Source: a virus. Taken from it: a stretch of DNA of 64,000 nt. The position numbers were made by a program, and so were the translations under genes. Where the stretch lies: the IMG/VR virus record IMGVR_UViG_3300032293_001730, positions 1 to 64,000 of that record, one strand, 5' to 3'. The notes beneath the pieces were generated by a model, which worked only from the letters and a program-made list of their open reading frames with translations, searched no databases and had not been told where the DNA came from. Every line of letters starts with the position of its first letter. Within the stretch, counting starts at the first letter, position 1. This document shows positions 28,532-39,137 of the stretch, piece after piece.

Positions 28532-29407
28532 ATGGCAGTTGTTTCAACGAGAGAGATGTTCCGGGGACGCTCGCGGTCAGCGACGTTCGGCGACGTGCCG
28601 ACGTACACTCGCGTGTGGATGGTCACCGTCGACGACGCCGCGAATGCGTACCAGGAAATCAGTGCCGCTCCTGGAGTCGCGTGGCTTGAGGCCCACCCAG
28701 AGGACGAGAATGCTTTCCTCACGGATTCGAGCGTCCAACAGGAGGGCGACTCGCCGTTTCACTACCGGGTCACGTTCACCTACAAGGGGCTCAAGCCAGA
28801 CGAGGCCAATCCCGTTCCGACCGATCGACCAGCGCAGTTTTCCTTCTCTGGTTCTCTCGCCTCGGCCCCGTGCTTCTGGCATTACCCAACCCCGGGCGAT
28901 AATTCTGCATCATCTAGGCGGATCATCATCAACACCGCCGGTGACCCCATCGGCGGCCTCGATCGCGACGAGGGTGAGTTTACGGTCTCGATTACTAAGA
29001 ACAATCTCCCGCCTTTCCCCTACGCCAGGGCGCAGAACTACGTCGGCGCGATCAACAGCGACTCCTGGAGCGGCGGCGATCCGGGGACGTGGAAGTGCAT
29101 GTCGATCACCGGAAACCGGAAGATCGAAGAGGTAAACGGCGAGCAGTTCGTCTACTACGAAGTGAGCACCACGCTCGCGTACCGTGGCACTGGCTGGGAC
29201 CTCCAGACCTGGGACGTTGGGTTCAACGAGATTGTCAGCGGCCAGCGGAAGAAGATCATGGCCGGCAGCGAGCCGGTAAGCGAGCCGGCAGCGTTAAGCA
29301 GCGGCAGGGCCAAGGCCCCGGGCCAGCCCCCCGACATGCTGACGTTTCGTATCTACAAGTCTTTGACGTTCAACGGCACTTTTCCCGTTATACCGGATAC
29401 GGTATGA
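28532..29407 (+). CDS. Tail tip/distal tail-region protein
   Basis: Position after the tape measure; phage-like codon usage. Confidence 0.55.
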   Translation: MAVVSTREMFRGRSRSATFGDVPTYTRVWMVTVDDAANAYQEISAAPGVAWLEAHPEDENAFLTDSSVQQEGDSPFHYRVTFTYKGLKPDEANPVPTDRPAQFSFSGSLASAPCFWHYPTPGDNSASSRRIIINTAGDPIGGLDRDEGEFTVSITKNNLPPFPYARAQNYVGAINSDSWSGGDPGTWKCMSITGNRKIEEVNGEQFVYYEVSTTLAYRGTGWDLQTWDVGFNEIVSGQRKKIMAGSEPVSEPAALSSGRAKAPGQPPDMLTFRIYKSLTFNGTFPVIPDTV

Positions 29408-29793
29408 GTTCAAGCAGTTACAGATCGAGCGGCAACTGGGGCAAGAAGGCCGTCCAGTTCACGCTCCAGGATGCAGAGCGAATCGCCGGTGCTGTACAGG
29501 CTGTTGAGCGAGGGCGGCGTGGCCGGAAGCCGAGCGCGTTGCCGAGAGCGGCGGGCGGCGGAGGCGGCTCCGGCGGCGGCGCTGTTGTTGAGGCCGCGTT
29601 TTTTGGCGCATGGCAGCAATCGCAAGGCAAGCATGTCAGCGTACCCGTGGGCGGACAGTTTACGGCGGCAACGACACTTTATGTGATCAACAACCTCAAC
29701 ACAGTGCCCCCTGCGCCATATGCCAGGACTTGCTACGTCTACCTGCACGACGAGGATGCGAACGCCTGGCGCCTCCTGAATGCCTCGGTGTAA
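29404..29793 (+). CDS. Hypothetical tail-region protein
   Basis: ATGA overlap with the upstream stop; fills the gap to the fibre gene. Confidence 0.6.
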   Translation: MSSSSYRSSGNWGKKAVQFTLQDAERIAGAVQAVERGRRGRKPSALPRAAGGGGGSGGGAVVEAAFFGAWQQSQGKHVSVPVGGQFTAATTLYVINNLNTVPPAPYARTCYVYLHDEDANAWRLLNASV

Positions 29794-29796
29794 GAG

Positions 29797-32700
29797 ATGA
29801 TTTTCTGGCCTTTTCTCTACGTCAAGGATCAGGCTCACTCGACGACTGGCAGTGAGTATACAAGTCAGTATGTCGATCGTCGCACTCTGTCCTCGCTGCA
29901 AGGCCTCGGCTATTCGCCGTGGATTGAAAACCAGGGGGACTGGGTCGACTTCAGTGGTGATATTGCCACCAACGGATTCGGGCTTCCGTTCACAGGAGGC
30001 TACGCGATCAAAAGCGACGGCACGCTGTGGTCTCTCGGCGGCACGCCGACCGACACTTTGTTCCAGGGAGATGACATCGCAAAGCCGTATCAGGTCGGCT
30101 CCGATTCAGACTGGGCGAGTTTCTCCGGCGAATTCATCCTCAAGACCGACGGGTCACTGTGGTCTTTTGGAGGAAAGGGAAGAGGGTCCGACTTACAGTC
30201 CTTCTATGGCAGAGGAGATGCTATTTCTGGCGGATACGGAAATGATAATAGCTTCCGCGCAGTAATATCTTGTTCAATTCGGTCGATTGAACTATTCAGC
30301 TATCAGCCGCACTTTGCAAAGAAGCCTGCGGTTACAATCGAGTCGAGAAAAAGGGTCGGCTACAATGAATTTACGCCCGTTCCACTTGCGGGGGGGAGCG
30401 GCGTTCAGTTGTCTGTCAACTGGAAGGGCCAGCTACGCGATATTCGCCTTGTGTCTGGCGGATCAGGCTACACGTCCGCGCCGACCGTCTCTGCAATTCC
30501 CGAGGGCGATGACGTCGACGATGGTTTGAAAATGTGGGCCTTAATGAATCCCTCCGCAACGGCTAGGTTTGTTGTCCAGTCGGGCGGATCGGGCTACACA
30601 TACGCGACCGCGACCGATCCGATCACTGGGGCAACCGCAGACGCAGTTGTAGAAAACGGGGCGGTCACTTCCTGGACGATGACGTCTTCCGGCTCCGCCT
30701 CGCGGAGAATTTCCACTTCCCCGTACTTTCCGAGCGTCCAGTCAACGACGGCAACGGTTCAGGGTGACGGCACTGGCGCAGCAGCCTCCTGCGTGGCGGC
30801 ACCGACGTCGATAGCCGGAATTAGGGCTGGAAACTCAATATTCTCAACCGGGAACATATACGCAAGCGCCGACAACCCTCAGTGCTGGACGACGCCGCCT
30901 TTGATTTCCATCTCTGGCGGCGGAGGCTCTGGGGCGGAGGCCGTAGTCGACAACTTGTGGGGAACCATAAAGTCGATTGCGGTAACCAACGGCGGGAGCG
31001 GGTACAGCGGAGGCAGCTTGTACCCGCTTCGAGCCGTCGCGACCCCGGCCAGCGGCGACACTCTTTCCACGAAAGAGGACATCGGCGACGTAAAACTTTT
31101 AGGCGGCAGCGTCGTTCGGATTGATGGACCGCAAGCTCCTGTTTTTCTTGGCGGCCAGACGGCAAGTACAGGTGTCATGCAGCCGTTCAACATTGAAATC
31201 GCAGACATGTCCGAGCAGGATGCAGCAGGGTTTCCAGCCAATATACCCTTTAGTGCGGAGTTGGTCGGACTTGGCGGGCTGACTGTCCCGCTAACGTTGT
31301 CGTCTCAGGTGTATACCGACGGCGGTACCGTGGCTCGCAGAAAAATCTTCGCGTCGCTCGACAGCCCGGCGGGGGGCTTCGGCCGCCAGCCGCCGATGAT
31401 TCGTACTTACTTCCGTGGACATAGAGAAGGTATTCCTACGGCTACAGAATTTGTTCAAAGAGTATTTGTGAATGATTGCAATGACTGTAGCTATGGTTCG
31501 TCTGGTTTCACGGTCTGCGCCGGCAGTACCCCGACGGCACTTGTCGCAAGAGTCGGACTAAGCAACGGTTTTTTGCCTAACGCGTTTCTGCTTGCAAACT
31601 CGGCAAAAAAAGTTAAAGCAGCCGGACCGCTTGGCGCAGAAATTGAATATGTGAACATAAACGGCGAATGGCGTCAGGAGTCGTCTAAGAATGTATTGCT
31701 TGGCGAGTACCCTCATTCGGCTACCGTGCCAATCCCCCCGCCGTCTAACCCCCCCGTCGACATTGAGTGGAGCGACGCACCGCTTCGATTTTCTAATTCG
31801 TATCCGTGGTGGAATGCAGGCTACGCTTTTATCCCAGAAAGAACATCCGAATTCGCTAACATTTACTGCATCGACGGTCGGCCGGGGTCGGCCGGGGTCG
31901 GCAGTTTGGCTACAGGGACCGCAAGCCTTACTCAAGGAGCGGGCGGGCTTTGGGGATACCAGTCCGTATCGCTTGCGTCCGGAGGGTCTGGATACACAGA
32001 AGAGCCGACCGTATATTTTGCGATCAACTCTCGGCCGATACCCGAAAGAATTGGAAACAAAACATGGACCAGCGTCGGCAGCAGCGTCACGGTTGTCTGG
32101 CTGCGAAATCTGGCGTTCTTCAATTTTGCCAGCCCCCTGACGGTACAAGTCGGCGTGACGACATCCGGAGAGGCGTACTTTATACCGTCTGCTTATTTTA
32201 ACGACGGCGGCCAGCCAATTCCTGTCGGGAGAGGGGTGAAAGTTACCTGCGAGACAACGCTTACAGACCATATTGATCAATCCAGGATTATCATTGATTA
32301 TCCGGACTCTCCACTTGGCGAGCAGCCGAGTGTCAATAGCTGGAGGGCAGGCTATTTTCCAAACTTTTTGAATCGCGAGAGTGGCCTTGCCGCAACCCTT
32401 GAAAGCCAGGATTTTCCAGCGGACGGAAAAGATGAACGGCAGTACAGAACAATCGCGTTCAATCAAGAGTTTTTCGGCGGTGGATACACAAAGGTGCCCG
32501 CCGTTCGTTTTTTAGAACTAGACCCCGACAATCCTATTTACGAGTTTACGGCCGAGCTTGTCGGGCCTGAATCTTTTTCGAGGGTATCCGGGACTTTCCT
32601 TATTGACTCAAACGGTACTGCGTGGGACCCGTTTTCAAAAGAGCCAGGGGCGTACCCGACGATCACCGCAGTCAGCCGCACAAAATTCGTCGGGAGAGCC

Positions 32701-35700
32701 ACAAAACGCACCGAGCCAGAATACGGCGGCTTCGCCAGCGGCCAATGGTGGGGCGGACCGATCGGGTTTGTGGGCGCCCTCGCAGGTGCCGCCGACTTTT
32801 CGGGAGAGCTTGAAGAGATCGAGTTGGCAGAAAGCAAAACTCATCGAGTTTCGATTTTTAGAACAGGCCTTGAAAATTCTGGTGTCGTTTCTTGCTCCGT
32901 TTCCGTCGCAGGCGGACTGGGCAATCAAGGGGCTGCCCACGGCAGCGGGACCGCGTACACCTACGAAGACGAGTTCACCTGCCCGGCAGGCACGTCGGTT
33001 GTTCCGTTCTCCAGGTTTGATTTTGGCACAATAGTAGATAAGGGATACAGAACTAGAATTTCGACGGACACATTTATTCGCAGTTCAAGGGCGCCCGCTC
33101 AACTCAACTTCACGCTTCCGTCGCTGGCCGATGGCAGGCTCTCCCGGGCGGGGGACACATATTTCTTCGCGTTTAGCAATTGGGGCGTCGAAGCTGATTC
33201 TTTCTCTCCTCCCTCGATCACGGTCGATGGTGACGCCTCGTTTGAAATTTGCGAAAATGTCGTATCTTCGATGAGGAGAGTGCCTCGCGTTGTCGAGAAT
33301 CGCGGACAAATCGTGTGGCTCGATGATGGGTCAGTCGGGTACTACATTAACGGCGTTGTCTTCGTCGATCCAGTCTTGTCTGGACTTCTTCCTCCACAAA
33401 ACGCTTCACTCAACACCGGCAGAATAGGGCAGAAGCTCTACGGCCTTACTTCATTTGGCGTTGACACAAACGGCAATTGGTTGCCGGCAGGCTGCTCCAA
33501 CAGGCTCCGCCGCAAGATCGACCTCGAAGTGAAGGTGGACTCGTTCGGCTCTGGGTACACGGAGCCGCCAGTCGTTGAGGTAAGTCAGCCCCCGGGCACG
33601 GCTATCGTCAAGACCAAGATCAACGGCAAGGCCAGGGGCGCGGCGATTGTTCGGCCCGGGGTCGGGTTTCATTCCCCTCCGGCTCTCACGGTGACGCCAA
33701 ACGACGATGAAGGCGACGGCGCCTCGCTGACGGCAGTTATTCAGGGGCCAGTCTACGACACGAAATTGACATCTGGCGGTTCTGGATACAGGTGTCCTCC
33801 GGAAGTGCTGTTTTCAACGAACGGCGTACCGGGAGTTGCCTCTGCATCGTGCTCCGGGTCAATCGGCTCCGTGACTGTTGCTGACGGGGGGAGCGGATTC
33901 CGGTCGCCGGCGGAGATTTCATTTTCAGGCCTGGGGAGCGGGGCGTCTGCGACCGCGCAAATAAAGGGATACGTCCAGTACGTCACGGTAAACAACAGCG
34001 GCGCCGGGTACGCTTCGGAGCCGGCTGTGTCTTTCTCGGGCGGGGGCGGGTCCGGCGCGGCTGCGATTCCCGTGCTCTCGGCAGACGGCCAGGGGAAGTT
34101 CAAGGTCACGAGAGTCATCGTGACTTCCGGCGGCTCAGGCTATACGTCAGAGCCAAGCGTGTCATTCTCCGGAGGCGGCGGATCAGGAGCATCCGCCGCC
34201 GCCACGCTCGACGCTGCAATAACGTCAGTTCAACTAACGTCCGGAGGCTCGGGATACGCAACAGGGACTTCCGCCTCCGCCGGGAACGCAAAACTTGGCG
34301 TCACGCTCTCGATGGCAGTCGACTCGATTGACATTCAGTACGGCGGCAGATACCGGCGGCAGCCTACGGTCTCGTTGCAGCCGTTTGGGCACATTGAGTC
34401 GATCTCACTCACAAACGGAGGCAGCGGCTATTCGTCTTCGCCCCTGGTCGGCGTAGTCGCGCCGTGCGGAAAAGGTGCGAAAGCGGAGTGCAGGATTTCA
34501 GCATCCGTAGCCTCCATTTCCGTACTGAGCGGAGGGCAGGGGTATGTCAATCCGCCTCTGGTCGAGCTTGTCGGCGGCTACGACCCAGCAAACGGCAGGC
34601 AAGCGAAGGCTCACGCCGTTGCCTCCGGCGGAGTCGTTTCCTCGATCGTCATAGACGACGAAGGCTCAGGGTATTTCCAGCCCCCAACGGTTTCTTTTGC
34701 GAAGTACACCGAAGCGATTCTGAAATGTACGGCCTCTGGCGGCGCTATTACGGGCGTCGATGTTCTCTCTGGCGGTTACGGATACGCAGCCGCCCCCGCC
34801 CTCTCCTTCTCCGGAGGCAACGGCGCGACGGCTACGGCAACCGTATCCGGCGGAAGAATTACTTCAGTTACAGTAACCTCAGGGGGCTCCGGGTATTCGG
34901 ACGGGGCAAGGTGCCTGATTGCAAGCGGAATCGGCACGGGGGCTACTGCATCTGCAAGCATATCAGGAGAAGTTTCGTCGGTGACTGTCACGGACTGCGG
35001 ATACGATTTCGAGCCAGGAGAACCTGTTTTCGTCTTCTTTAGCGGCGGAGGCGGCGACGGCGCGGCGGCGACGGCATCCATTTCCACGGCAGGCTCAGGC
35101 GCGGCGGCAACTGCCAGGATCAACGGTTCGATCGTGGCCGTGAAGATCAACTCACAGGGCAGTGGATACCAAACGTCGCCTTCCGTTTCGGTCGACATGA
35201 GCAACAATTTCCTGGCAGAAGACCCTTCTGACCCAGATTTCTTGCCTTACATTCAACTGCGAATTGCGGGAAGAGTTTCCGAGGCAGAGATCGTCGAGCC
35301 GGGCTCAAGCTACGGCACGCGAGACGACCGTTTCAACATTTTCCAAAAGCCTTCCTGGGCAACCGCAGCGGCGGGCCCGCTCGGAGGAGCAATCACGGCC
35401 GTCTCGTATTCCCAGGCGGGGCTGACAGGCGTTTACTCTGCCCCCCCGCAGATGAATTTTGAAAACACAATCGTGCCCTACTCCGAGACTTCTTGCCTGA
35501 AAGGCGCTTTTAGCGTCGACGTCGGCGAGCAAGGTTCAGGCCCGGCCCGTACAGGAACAGGAAGTATTTACACGGGGGGCGGGGGTGCGCTTCCTGATGA
35601 TTTTCGTCCGTCCTCTAGTCTGTCAACTTACCGTCGGCTGGACAATTCTGGAGATAGCGGAATATCGTTTTCAATGCTTGGAAAGGTCGGCGCTTCTAGT

Positions 35701-36657
35701 AATTGCATTGAATTCGATTCAACATTGAGGCAATTTCGTCTTGATCGCCTTCGGAGAGGGCCGTGGGGTTTTGCAATGCCCGTGTACTCGCAGTCTTCTT
35801 TGCCGACAGTCCTCGTCGTAGACGCAAACGGGGAGGGCGCGGCCGCTCAGATGCAGTCGCCGAGTTCCCTTCCAATAACCTCCCAGGGAGATGACTACAC
35901 CCTTGACGCAACGCTCTACATGCGGGGCGGGAGGCCAGCCTCGTGGGACTCGCCACCGATCGGATCGGTCAGCATCAACCAGTCGACCGGGAAAATCACC
36001 GACACTATAACGTGGCAAACCATCGGCCAGGGAAACGGCGTTTTTGAAAATGGCGCTTACGCCGACGTCTACCTCGACGGAGGCGGCGGCAGCGAAGGGT
36101 CTCTCCTTCCGGTGGGTACCTTAACTGCCCGCAACCCGCCGCAACTGATTGGACTTAACCCTGCCGCATCTTTCTGGAGCAGGTCTTTTTCGTCCCCGCC
36201 GAGGGTGATTGTTGTCACAAGGGAAAAGCCTGCACACCGACAGAGAAGCGATGTTTCATTTTCGTATTTTCAAAGGCCAGAAAAGCCGCTATTTGCGAAC
36301 CAGCTACTGGCGTTGAACCAGTCTCTTCCGCTGGTAAGCGCCGCCCCAGAGTCGATGACGTCAGAATCAACTTCGCCAGCGGTTATTTTCAGGGACGTCT
36401 TCTCAAGCTGGAAAGACCCGACGTCAAGCGTGCCATTCGGAGATGGATGGAACTTTTTTATGCACTACTGGGACGGTCAAGTTGACTTTGTTTGGATTGG
36501 CTATCCAAGCCAAGCCAGGGCCACGGATTTATCTTCCGCCCCCGCGTTTTCTTTCTCGCTCGGCGGGGAGGGAGGCGGGGCGTCCGCACACTCAGAATTT
36601 GTCGGCTGGACAGGCTACTTCAGCGATTTCCGCGCTGTTCGCATTCCCCCAACATGA
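29797..36657 (+). CDS. Giant tail fibre/adhesin-like protein with many GGSGY-x3-P-x-V repeats
   Basis: 2,286 aa. Recurrent (V/L)TxGGSGYxxxPxVxxxGGGGxGAxAxA units; RCC1-like IKSDGTLWS and LKTDGSLWS near the N-terminus. Confidence 0.75.
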   Translation: MIFWPFLYVKDQAHSTTGSEYTSQYVDRRTLSSLQGLGYSPWIENQGDWVDFSGDIATNGFGLPFTGGYAIKSDGTLWSLGGTPTDTLFQGDDIAKPYQVGSDSDWASFSGEFILKTDGSLWSFGGKGRGSDLQSFYGRGDAISGGYGNDNSFRAVISCSIRSIELFSYQPHFAKKPAVTIESRKRVGYNEFTPVPLAGGSGVQLSVNWKGQLRDIRLVSGGSGYTSAPTVSAIPEGDDVDDGLKMWALMNPSATARFVVQSGGSGYTYATATDPITGATADAVVENGAVTSWTMTSSGSASRRISTSPYFPSVQSTTATVQGDGTGAAASCVAAPTSIAGIRAGNSIFSTGNIYASADNPQCWTTPPLISISGGGGSGAEAVVDNLWGTIKSIAVTNGGSGYSGGSLYPLRAVATPASGDTLSTKEDIGDVKLLGGSVVRIDGPQAPVFLGGQTASTGVMQPFNIEIADMSEQDAAGFPANIPFSAELVGLGGLTVPLTLSSQVYTDGGTVARRKIFASLDSPAGGFGRQPPMIRTYFRGHREGIPTATEFVQRVFVNDCNDCSYGSSGFTVCAGSTPTALVARVGLSNGFLPNAFLLANSAKKVKAAGPLGAEIEYVNINGEWRQESSKNVLLGEYPHSATVPIPPPSNPPVDIEWSDAPLRFSNSYPWWNAGYAFIPERTSEFANIYCIDGRPGSAGVGSLATGTASLTQGAGGLWGYQSVSLASGGSGYTEEPTVYFAINSRPIPERIGNKTWTSVGSSVTVVWLRNLAFFNFASPLTVQVGVTTSGEAYFIPSAYFNDGGQPIPVGRGVKVTCETTLTDHIDQSRIIIDYPDSPLGEQPSVNSWRAGYFPNFLNRESGLAATLESQDFPADGKDERQYRTIAFNQEFFGGGYTKVPAVRFLELDPDNPIYEFTAELVGPESFSRVSGTFLIDSNGTAWDPFSKEPGAYPTITAVSRTKFVGRATKRTEPEYGGFASGQWWGGPIGFVGALAGAADFSGELEEIELAESKTHRVSIFRTGLENSGVVSCSVSVAGGLGNQGAAHGSGTAYTYEDEFTCPAGTSVVPFSRFDFGTIVDKGYRTRISTDTFIRSSRAPAQLNFTLPSLADGRLSRAGDTYFFAFSNWGVEADSFSPPSITVDGDASFEICENVVSSMRRVPRVVENRGQIVWLDDGSVGYYINGVVFVDPVLSGLLPPQNASLNTGRIGQKLYGLTSFGVDTNGNWLPAGCSNRLRRKIDLEVKVDSFGSGYTEPPVVEVSQPPGTAIVKTKINGKARGAAIVRPGVGFHSPPALTVTPNDDEGDGASLTAVIQGPVYDTKLTSGGSGYRCPPEVLFSTNGVPGVASASCSGSIGSVTVADGGSGFRSPAEISFSGLGSGASATAQIKGYVQYVTVNNSGAGYASEPAVSFSGGGGSGAAAIPVLSADGQGKFKVTRVIVTSGGSGYTSEPSVSFSGGGGSGASAAATLDAAITSVQLTSGGSGYATGTSASAGNAKLGVTLSMAVDSIDIQYGGRYRRQPTVSLQPFGHIESISLTNGGSGYSSSPLVGVVAPCGKGAKAECRISASVASISVLSGGQGYVNPPLVELVGGYDPANGRQAKAHAVASGGVVSSIVIDDEGSGYFQPPTVSFAKYTEAILKCTASGGAITGVDVLSGGYGYAAAPALSFSGGNGATATATVSGGRITSVTVTSGGSGYSDGARCLIASGIGTGATASASISGEVSSVTVTDCGYDFEPGEPVFVFFSGGGGDGAAATASISTAGSGAAATARINGSIVAVKINSQGSGYQTSPSVSVDMSNNFLAEDPSDPDFLPYIQLRIAGRVSEAEIVEPGSSYGTRDDRFNIFQKPSWATAAAGPLGGAITAVSYSQAGLTGVYSAPPQMNFENTIVPYSETSCLKGAFSVDVGEQGSGPARTGTGSIYTGGGGALPDDFRPSSSLSTYRRLDNSGDSGISFSMLGKVGASSNCIEFDSTLRQFRLDRLRRGPWGFAMPVYSQSSLPTVLVVDANGEGAAAQMQSPSSLPITSQGDDYTLDATLYMRGGRPASWDSPPIGSVSINQSTGKITDTITWQTIGQGNGVFENGAYADVYLDGGGGSEGSLLPVGTLTARNPPQLIGLNPAASFWSRSFSSPPRVIVVTREKPAHRQRSDVSFSYFQRPEKPLFANQLLALNQSLPLVSAAPESMTSESTSPAVIFRDVFSSWKDPTSSVPFGDGWNFFMHYWDGQVDFVWIGYPSQARATDLSSAPAFSFSLGGEGGGASAHSEFVGWTGYFSDFRAVRIPPT

Positions 36658-37037
36658 ACCCCTGCCTCCCCGGAACAGCCCTGAAGCAACTCCTGTCCTG
36701 GTTCAAGCTCCAGGACGAAGCCGGCTGCCAGTGTGCGTCCAGGGCCCGAATCATGGACGCTTGGGGGTGTGACGAGACAGAGAGGAGAATGGACGAAGTG
36801 GTTGGCTGGCTGCGGGAGGCCGCCGCCGCCCGAGGACTGCCGTTCATCGATTTCGCCGCCAGAGCCGCCGTGAAACTTGCAATCTGGAGAGCGAGGAATG
36901 GATCATCACTTCCTGATCAACGGCCAGAGGTGGCTCTGGAGGTACTCGAAGCTCAAGGGCGGAGCGGAGGGCTGGACGGAGTACAGCAAGCACAAGGTGC
37001 TGATCCACTCGAAGCTCCGCCGGCGAGCGAGACTTGA
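36654..37037 (+). CDS. Hypothetical protein (PGTALK..CxC..MDAWG..WLREAA..RGLPF)
   Basis: ATGA overlap with the fibre stop; the pattern recalls small proteins of planctomycete prophages (recollection, unverified). Confidence 0.55.
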   Translation: MNPCLPGTALKQLLSWFKLQDEAGCQCASRARIMDAWGCDETERRMDEVVGWLREAAAARGLPFIDFAARAAVKLAIWRARNGSSLPDQRPEVALEVLEAQGRSGGLDGVQQAQGADPLEAPPASET

Positions 37038-37185
37038 ATGCGAACTCCACGAGGGATTGCACGCTGCCCTGGGCGACACGATCAGCGAGTCCTGTGTCGA
37101 GCGGACGGCTGCGGACTTGGCAAAAATCCTCTACTCGTTAGGCTATAGGCTGGATACGAGTACCCACGGAGGGCAACAGCCATGA
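36898..37185 (+). CDS. Small HExxH metallopeptidase-like protein
   Basis: LECELHEGLHA followed by a downstream Glu. Confidence 0.6.
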   Translation: MDHHFLINGQRWLWRYSKLKGGAEGWTEYSKHKVLIHSKLRRRARLECELHEGLHAALGDTISESCVERTAADLAKILYSLGYRLDTSTHGGQQP

Positions 37186-37688
37186 TCGACGACAGGGAGG
37201 CAGTGGAGGAATTGGTCGAGGAGATGAAGAGCGACGACGTCGTGCCTCGACTCTTCGACTCGCTCGACAATCCGAAGGACATCGTCGGCAGCAACAAGTT
37301 GCCGCTTCATCTCTGGCCGATGACGGCCACCGCGATGGGCTCGATCGCGATGCTCAACGGCGCAATCAAGTATGGCCGAAGCAACTGGCGGGTAGTTGGC
37401 ATCAAGGCCTCGATCTACGTCGACGCCTGCCAGCGGCATCTCTCGCAGTGGTTCGAGGGACACGAGTGCGACGAGGAGGGGGTGCCTCACCTCGCTTCGG
37501 CGCTCGCCTGCCTCGCGATTGTCGTCGACGCCCGTGCTGCCGGGACGCTCAGGGACGATCGGCAGGTCGAGGGCGGATACCGAGAACTCGTTCAGCAACT
37601 CACGCCGCATGTTGCCAGGATCAGAGAACTGCATGCAGATCGTCCTCCGGCCAAGCAGTGGACGATCCAAGACTCTCCCCCGCCGTGA
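37182..37688 (+). CDS. dATP/dGTP diphosphohydrolase-like (DUF5664)
   Basis: NPKD..G..KLPLHL, GAIKYGRSNWR, DACQRHL..W, PHLASA, DDR. Confidence 0.8.
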   Translation: MIDDREAVEELVEEMKSDDVVPRLFDSLDNPKDIVGSNKLPLHLWPMTATAMGSIAMLNGAIKYGRSNWRVVGIKASIYVDACQRHLSQWFEGHECDEEGVPHLASALACLAIVVDARAAGTLRDDRQVEGGYRELVQQLTPHVARIRELHADRPPAKQWTIQDSPPP

Positions 37689-37730
37689 GAGGCGGCCACA
37701 CGTCCTCGCCTACCCCGTGTGGCCGCCTCC
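37688..37730. terminator. Hairpin between convergent genes (probable bidirectional terminator)
   Basis: GAGGCGGCCACACG...CGTGTGGCCGCCTC 14-bp inverted repeat; no clear U tract. Confidence 0.5.
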
Positions 37731-37737
37731 GGCGGGC

Positions 37738-38613
37738 TTATCCTCGATGAATCGTCGGCAGGACGTGGCACGCGGGCGTGCTCAAGTCTGCATACCTGGG
37801 ATCGAGGTATGCCTTCGTGATTTTTGGGCTTGAGTGATCGAGCAGGAGAGTTGGATTGCCTCCCCGTGCAGCGTAGTGACTCGCGGCACAGCGTCGGAGC
37901 TTGTGGAATTTTGCCTTCCTCCCGCTCCCCAGGCCCGCAGCCGTGACAATGTCGCCGAAACGCATCCAGATGTGCGTGTAGCAGCGATCCCAACGCCAGA
38001 TCAGGTCCGTCGGCTTCCGCCCCTCGCACAGCTTGCCCACGAGCAACGCCGTCTCGTCGGTGAGCGTGTAGAGCCGGTCCCGTTTGCCCCCCTTTCGGTT
38101 CTCGGCCCGGACGAGCAGCCGAGCCCCAGACCAGTCTTCCACACGGGCGGCGAAGATCGCGCCGCACCGTTCCGCCGACTCGTAGAGGACACAGATCAAC
38201 GATCGCCAGAAAAGCCCGGCCGGCACGTCGCCGATTCGCCCAGGTGTCGCCCCGGCGATCGACACGAGGTGCTGTAGCTCCTCGACGGACCAGCACTGCG
38301 GAACTCGCTCCGGCAGTCGCGACGACGGCGGCACGCACGGGGAGACGTTCCTGATTCCACGGTCACGGGCAAAGCGACCCAGCGACACTAGCTGGCTTCG
38401 CTCCTTCTCGGCCGTGTAGGGGCTTCGTTGCTGAGCCCGCAGGTCGAGGAATCTCGACAGCACGAGATCGTCGAGATCGTCGACGGTGGCCTCGCGGGCT
38501 AGGTAGCGAGTGAATGTCCTGAGGGTGCAGCGATACAGGCGGGCGGTGTTTTCGCTTCGCCCACGCAGGCGAAGGGGGCGGAAGTGGTTCTCGAATAAAT
38601 CGTTGAGTGTCAT
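37738..38613 (-). CDS. int: Tyrosine recombinase/integrase
   Basis: SAM-like N-terminus (RSENTARLY); catalytic residues R (SAER), K, HKLR, DHSS and Y (KAYLD). Confidence 0.85.
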   Translation of the reverse strand: MTLNDLFENHFRPLRLRGRSENTARLYRCTLRTFTRYLAREATVDDLDDLVLSRFLDLRAQQRSPYTAEKERSQLVSLGRFARDRGIRNVSPCVPPSSRLPERVPQCWSVEELQHLVSIAGATPGRIGDVPAGLFWRSLICVLYESAERCGAIFAARVEDWSGARLLVRAENRKGGKRDRLYTLTDETALLVGKLCEGRKPTDLIWRWDRCYTHIWMRFGDIVTAAGLGSGRKAKFHKLRRCAASHYAARGGNPTLLLDHSSPKITKAYLDPRYADLSTPACHVLPTIHRG

Positions 38614-38733
38614 GGCGTATCTCCAAATTACAGGGAAGGAGGATACGCATCCGTGCGAGGTAGTCATGCCTCCGTGGGGGGGCGCTCTCCTTCGAGAGAG
38701 GGCCCCCCGGGGTATGCCTTTTTGGACTAATCG

Positions 38734-39018
38734 CTACAGAGGGGGTCGTCTCCCTCGGTTGTCGCCCTTAATCGCGATCCGAATGTCCTCGCCCAGGGCG
38801 AGGGCTGCATATTCGATCGTGTTCAGCGGCGAATCTTCTCTTGAGCCATCGTGCGCGCAGAGCAGGTGATGGGGCAGGACGTCACGGATGATTTTCCGGA
38901 CGGCCTCGTTGCCGACGACACGGCCCACGCGGCCCTCGATCAAGTCTGCGATCCGCTTGGCATCGTCATAGGCGTCGAGGCATTCAACTTCTCCGACTGC
39001 GTCCCAAAACGGCTTCAT
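38734..39018 (-). CDS. Hypothetical protein, divergently transcribed upstream of the integrase
   Basis: AGGAGAACCAGC-ATG RBS on the - strand; 94 aa. Confidence 0.6.
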   Translation of the reverse strand: MKPFWDAVGEVECLDAYDDAKRIADLIEGRVGRVVGNEAVRKIIRDVLPHHLLCAHDGSREDSPLNTIEYAALALGEDIRIAIKGDNRGRRPPL

Positions 39019-39108
39019 GCTGGTTCTCCTGGTTGGGGTCACTTTTCCGAGGGGGCGATCCCCACGGCCGGAGAAATAGTGGCACCCCCGCCACTTGAAT
39101 GCAAGTCC

Positions 39109-39137
39109 CCAGGGTTCTGGACGGTCCAGAACCCTGG
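39109..39137. promoter_or_regulatory. Perfect 29-bp palindrome in the divergent intergenic region
   Basis: CCAGGGTTCTGGAC-G-GTCCAGAACCCTGG. Confidence 0.7.

Noticed and set aside
37182-37688. Z-base or 7-deazaguanine DNA modification system
   Set aside because: Only the DUF5664-like hydrolase is seen; no purZ, dpdA or que genes in the window.
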